Source: Paraspadella gotoi (Eukaryota > Animalia > Chaetognatha). From it: 64,000 nucleotides of DNA. The notes below the pieces were generated by a model. The model was not told where the DNA came from, did not search any database, and saw only the letters and a program-made list of their open reading frames with translations. The position numbers and the translations under genes were made by a program. The stretch spans positions 16,775,245 to 16,839,244 of the forward strand of contig CM119264.1 in NCBI GenBank assembly GCA_051294375.1, written 5' to 3'. The first letter of the stretch is position 1. The number at the start of each line of letters is the position of its first letter. Positions 61,228 through 64,000 of the stretch are shown piece after piece.

Positions 61228-62231
61228 TAGGGTATTGCACAAAAATTTTAAAAATACCGAAAATAAATCTCAAATCCTAGATAAAAAGAAAGAAAGATAC
61301 ACCACGTAAAAGTCAGTGGACCAATTTTATTAAAAGTATCAGAAATTATGGATCAACAATGGTTATTTAGGTTTATATTTGAACTTAGTTAAGAAAAAGA
61401 CTATAAATAAAGATATTACCCATTATAATAATAATAGGTATCAAGTATATTTAGCAAAGGAGGAATTGTTGTAAGCAGAAAAAAGGCATGATAACTCTTA
61501 AGATCATAATAACCATATTATATCAGTTTCATACATATTGATGATTCATAGGCCTTAATATACAATAGGAAAGATGATATAAAATGATTATTGCCAGAAC
61601 TGCTGCTGGCGCATTTTTGCGCATCATTTTTGGGAATCAAGAATGATCAATTTGTTGAGAGAGAATCCATTTGCATCTCCTGTAACCAGATGTTTTGCAA
61701 GGAAAGCCTAGTTTTTACGCAATAATAAAAATAGATATTGATTTCTGTACTATTCCAATATTTGTAGTCGGGCATTGCCTAGGTTCACCCCGCCTAGAAT
61801 CATGACACTTTCAGTTGTGACCCGGTGGCTCATTGAGTAAAGCCATCAGCTCATGACCACTAGGTACCGGGTTCAATCCCAACCCGGTACCTACCTTGCG
61901 GGAAGCGTGAGGACGGCCGTAAGCCGCCTTGGGGGCATGGCAAACCCTCAAGCCTGGTTCCAAGCCCAGGGACCCGTTCCATGGCTGCTAGAGGGGGTTA
62001 TAGAAGTTACGGACAGTCATCTTCAGCCCACGTAGCGCCTTATCCACATATTTTTTTTTATTTGAAAGATTTTTTTTTGGTTTTTAGTTATATTTAAAAA
62101 AATATAAATTTTTTTTTTAGTATTTTCCATACAGTAAATATTTCAAAAAGCCTTGTTTTTTGGAATCAAATTCCATATTATTTTTCGGCCGATAGAAAAA
62201 GAAAAATTTCATCGAATACTGCTAATCCCTA
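61228..62231. mobile_element. ~1-kb TIR element (TAGGG...CCCTA) inserted in a MITE, itself containing a SINE
   Basis: Ends TAGGGTATTGCA / TGCTAATCCCTA; flanks TCTTTTG / TCTTTCG (possible TSD). The host MITE resumes directly after, as judged from the copy at 50898-51500. Confidence 0.6.
61817..62050 (+). mobile_element. tRNA-derived SINE (second family)
   Basis: A-box-like TGGCTCATTGAG and B-box GGTTCAATCCC at tRNA spacing, followed by a GC-rich body. Confidence 0.65.
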
Positions 62232-63152
62232 TCTTTCGATGATTTTATCCGTTTTTTTTGTATTTTGACTTTAAAATGTAAGAATTTTTAAAAGATGTAA
62301 TTATATTTTTTGTTTAACTTTTTATGCTCTATCAGAATCCATCCAAAAATTTTAAGATTTAAAAAAAAAATTTAAAAAAATTTAAAAAAATGTAAAAAAA
62401 GACAATATATTAATCAAGACGTATAAAGTAAATTTTGTATTAATCCTTTCAGTTTCGTTGAGTTGAGATTTAAGCAAAGTTCGAAATTAGTTTCTTAAAC
62501 GATTTTTATTTTTGTACGGACATGTTTCGACTCTTTTTCGAGTCTTCATTTTAAAAAAATGTTTGCTTAAATATTTAGTCAAGACAACTAAAAATTTTTG
62601 CTAATAGTCGAAATCTTATATTATCTCCGGAGTTGGTCCCTACTAGGGTTCCGTTAACCGTTAATTTTTGAGGAACTTCGCTTAACCGTTAAAACTAACG
62701 TTTTTAACGGTTAACCGTTAAAATCGGTTAATTTTATAATTTAACTATAAATTTAAAATATTAATATTTAAAACTAACTAAAATATTTAATGGTATTTTC
62801 TCCTTAACTCCGGCTACTGAATCGTCTTTATCTTCTATTTCAGATAGATGAAGTACACCATATAGTTGATAAATGAGAAAATTGGTTTGAAAAAACAGCA
62901 TTATAATACATTTTTCTTTTGCCTTATAGCATAATAAAAATATAAAAAAAGACAATGAAAGAAAAAGCACAATATAATTTTAATTCTGTATATTTTGTTT
63001 TCTCTCTCTCTCTTTCTTTCTTTCGTTTTCGCTTTTTCTTTTTCTATTTCTCTTCCTCATTATTTTTATAGTTGTTAGTTTCTTGAAAGCATGTTTTCTG
63101 TTCTTAGTCTTTCATAAATCATGACCATAAATATAAATATAATTATGAATAT

Positions 63153-63345
63153 TGTGTTAAGACTTTCTTTTTGTTGCGTTTATAGATAAGTGAAAGCAAA
63201 GTTTATTTGTATATAAACAACAGATTTTTATTTTTAAAAAACGGACATGTTTCGACTCTCACGCGCTGATGTAGACTCGGAAAAACATGTCCGTTTTTTG
63301 GAATAAAAACCCGTTGTTTGTAAATAAATAAACTTTGTTTTCTCT
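63153..63345. mobile_element. Palindromic mini-element built from two inverted partial hammerhead/pLTR ends
   Basis: Imperfect inverted arms ~63188-63252 / 63283-63346 around a CTGATG..GACTCG core, flanked by 13-bp direct repeats TAATTATGAATAT (63140-63152, 63346-63358). Confidence 0.55.
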
Positions 63346-64000
63346 TAATTATGAATATCAATTTATTAATTGAATGGTTGAATGATCGATTGATCAAAAA
63401 AGTTATTAATTAATAAATATTTTTTAAAATTTTATTAAAGTAAAGTATATTATCATTGAAGGATAGTTTTAGTTAGCCTTAATGTCTTTTCAAAGATTCA
63501 TTCTTTCTGTTGTTTATTTTTTAAATGTTTTCTAATAATTTTTTTTTTTAGTTTTTTTTTTTTTTCATTCATTCGGCTTTATTTTATTTACTTCTTTGTT
63601 CGTTTTAAAAATTAAAAGAAAAAGTTAAAAAAAGTCAAATAAGAAAGATTATTTATTTTTTTTATTAGCAAAATAGAATATTATTGCATCTAAAAATTTG
63701 ATTTGCAAAAAAATATATGCAGATGCATATTATATTTCAAAATATTCTTTGATGTGAATGTATAAAATTAGCTGAAAGGAAAAACGAAAACAATTGGGAG
63801 AAAGTAAGAAAAAAAAATACCGGAGGGGCAGAAAAAAATGATAATAGATTAAAATAGAAAAATATTTAAAGGGTTGAAAATAACAAAGAAAAAAAGGGGA
63901 AAATGTAGAACAGAGAGAGAAAGGGAGAGGAGAAGAAGGAAAAAAATTTTTTTCTTAAAAAATCAAAGTTTCATAACAAAAAATAACAAAAATCATTCTT

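Noticed and set aside
60368-62970. Hydrophobic minus-strand ORF pieces suggesting a multi-pass membrane gene
   Set aside because: Several pieces lie inside a TIR insertion nested in a MITE, contain stops and cannot be joined in consistent phase; AT-rich DNA readily gives hydrophobic translations.

Overview
AT-rich, intron-rich animal (invertebrate-like) genomic DNA; the species cannot be determined from sequence alone. Recognisable host genes, in order: katanin p80 (KATNB1, minus, running off the left edge); PIKfyve/Fab1 (plus, 3228-26984); a class I eIF4E with an uninterrupted CDS; a p24/TMED gamma-type GOLD protein (minus); and a KIAA2026/BRD10-like bromodomain protein. Splicing by hand revealed two genes absent from the ORF track. 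One is a 3-exon antisense gene nested in a PIKfyve intron (239-aa single-pass membrane coiled-coil protein). The other is a 6-exon, putatively N-myristoylated globin with an atypical haem pocket (47083-50739). The p24 gene carries a pair of homologous, frame-incompatible exons that look mutually exclusive. A full-length but frameshifted DIRS-type tyrosine-recombinase retrotransposon (54091-59395) has its internal complementary region (ICR) near the 5' end, inside what looks like a spliceosomal intron in gag. Introns are filled with nested Helentron-associated (DINE-1-like) elements, MITEs, tRNA-derived SINEs, a Penelope fragment and Penelope-type minimal hammerhead ribozyme motifs. All gene models were spliced by eye and need RNA-seq confirmation.
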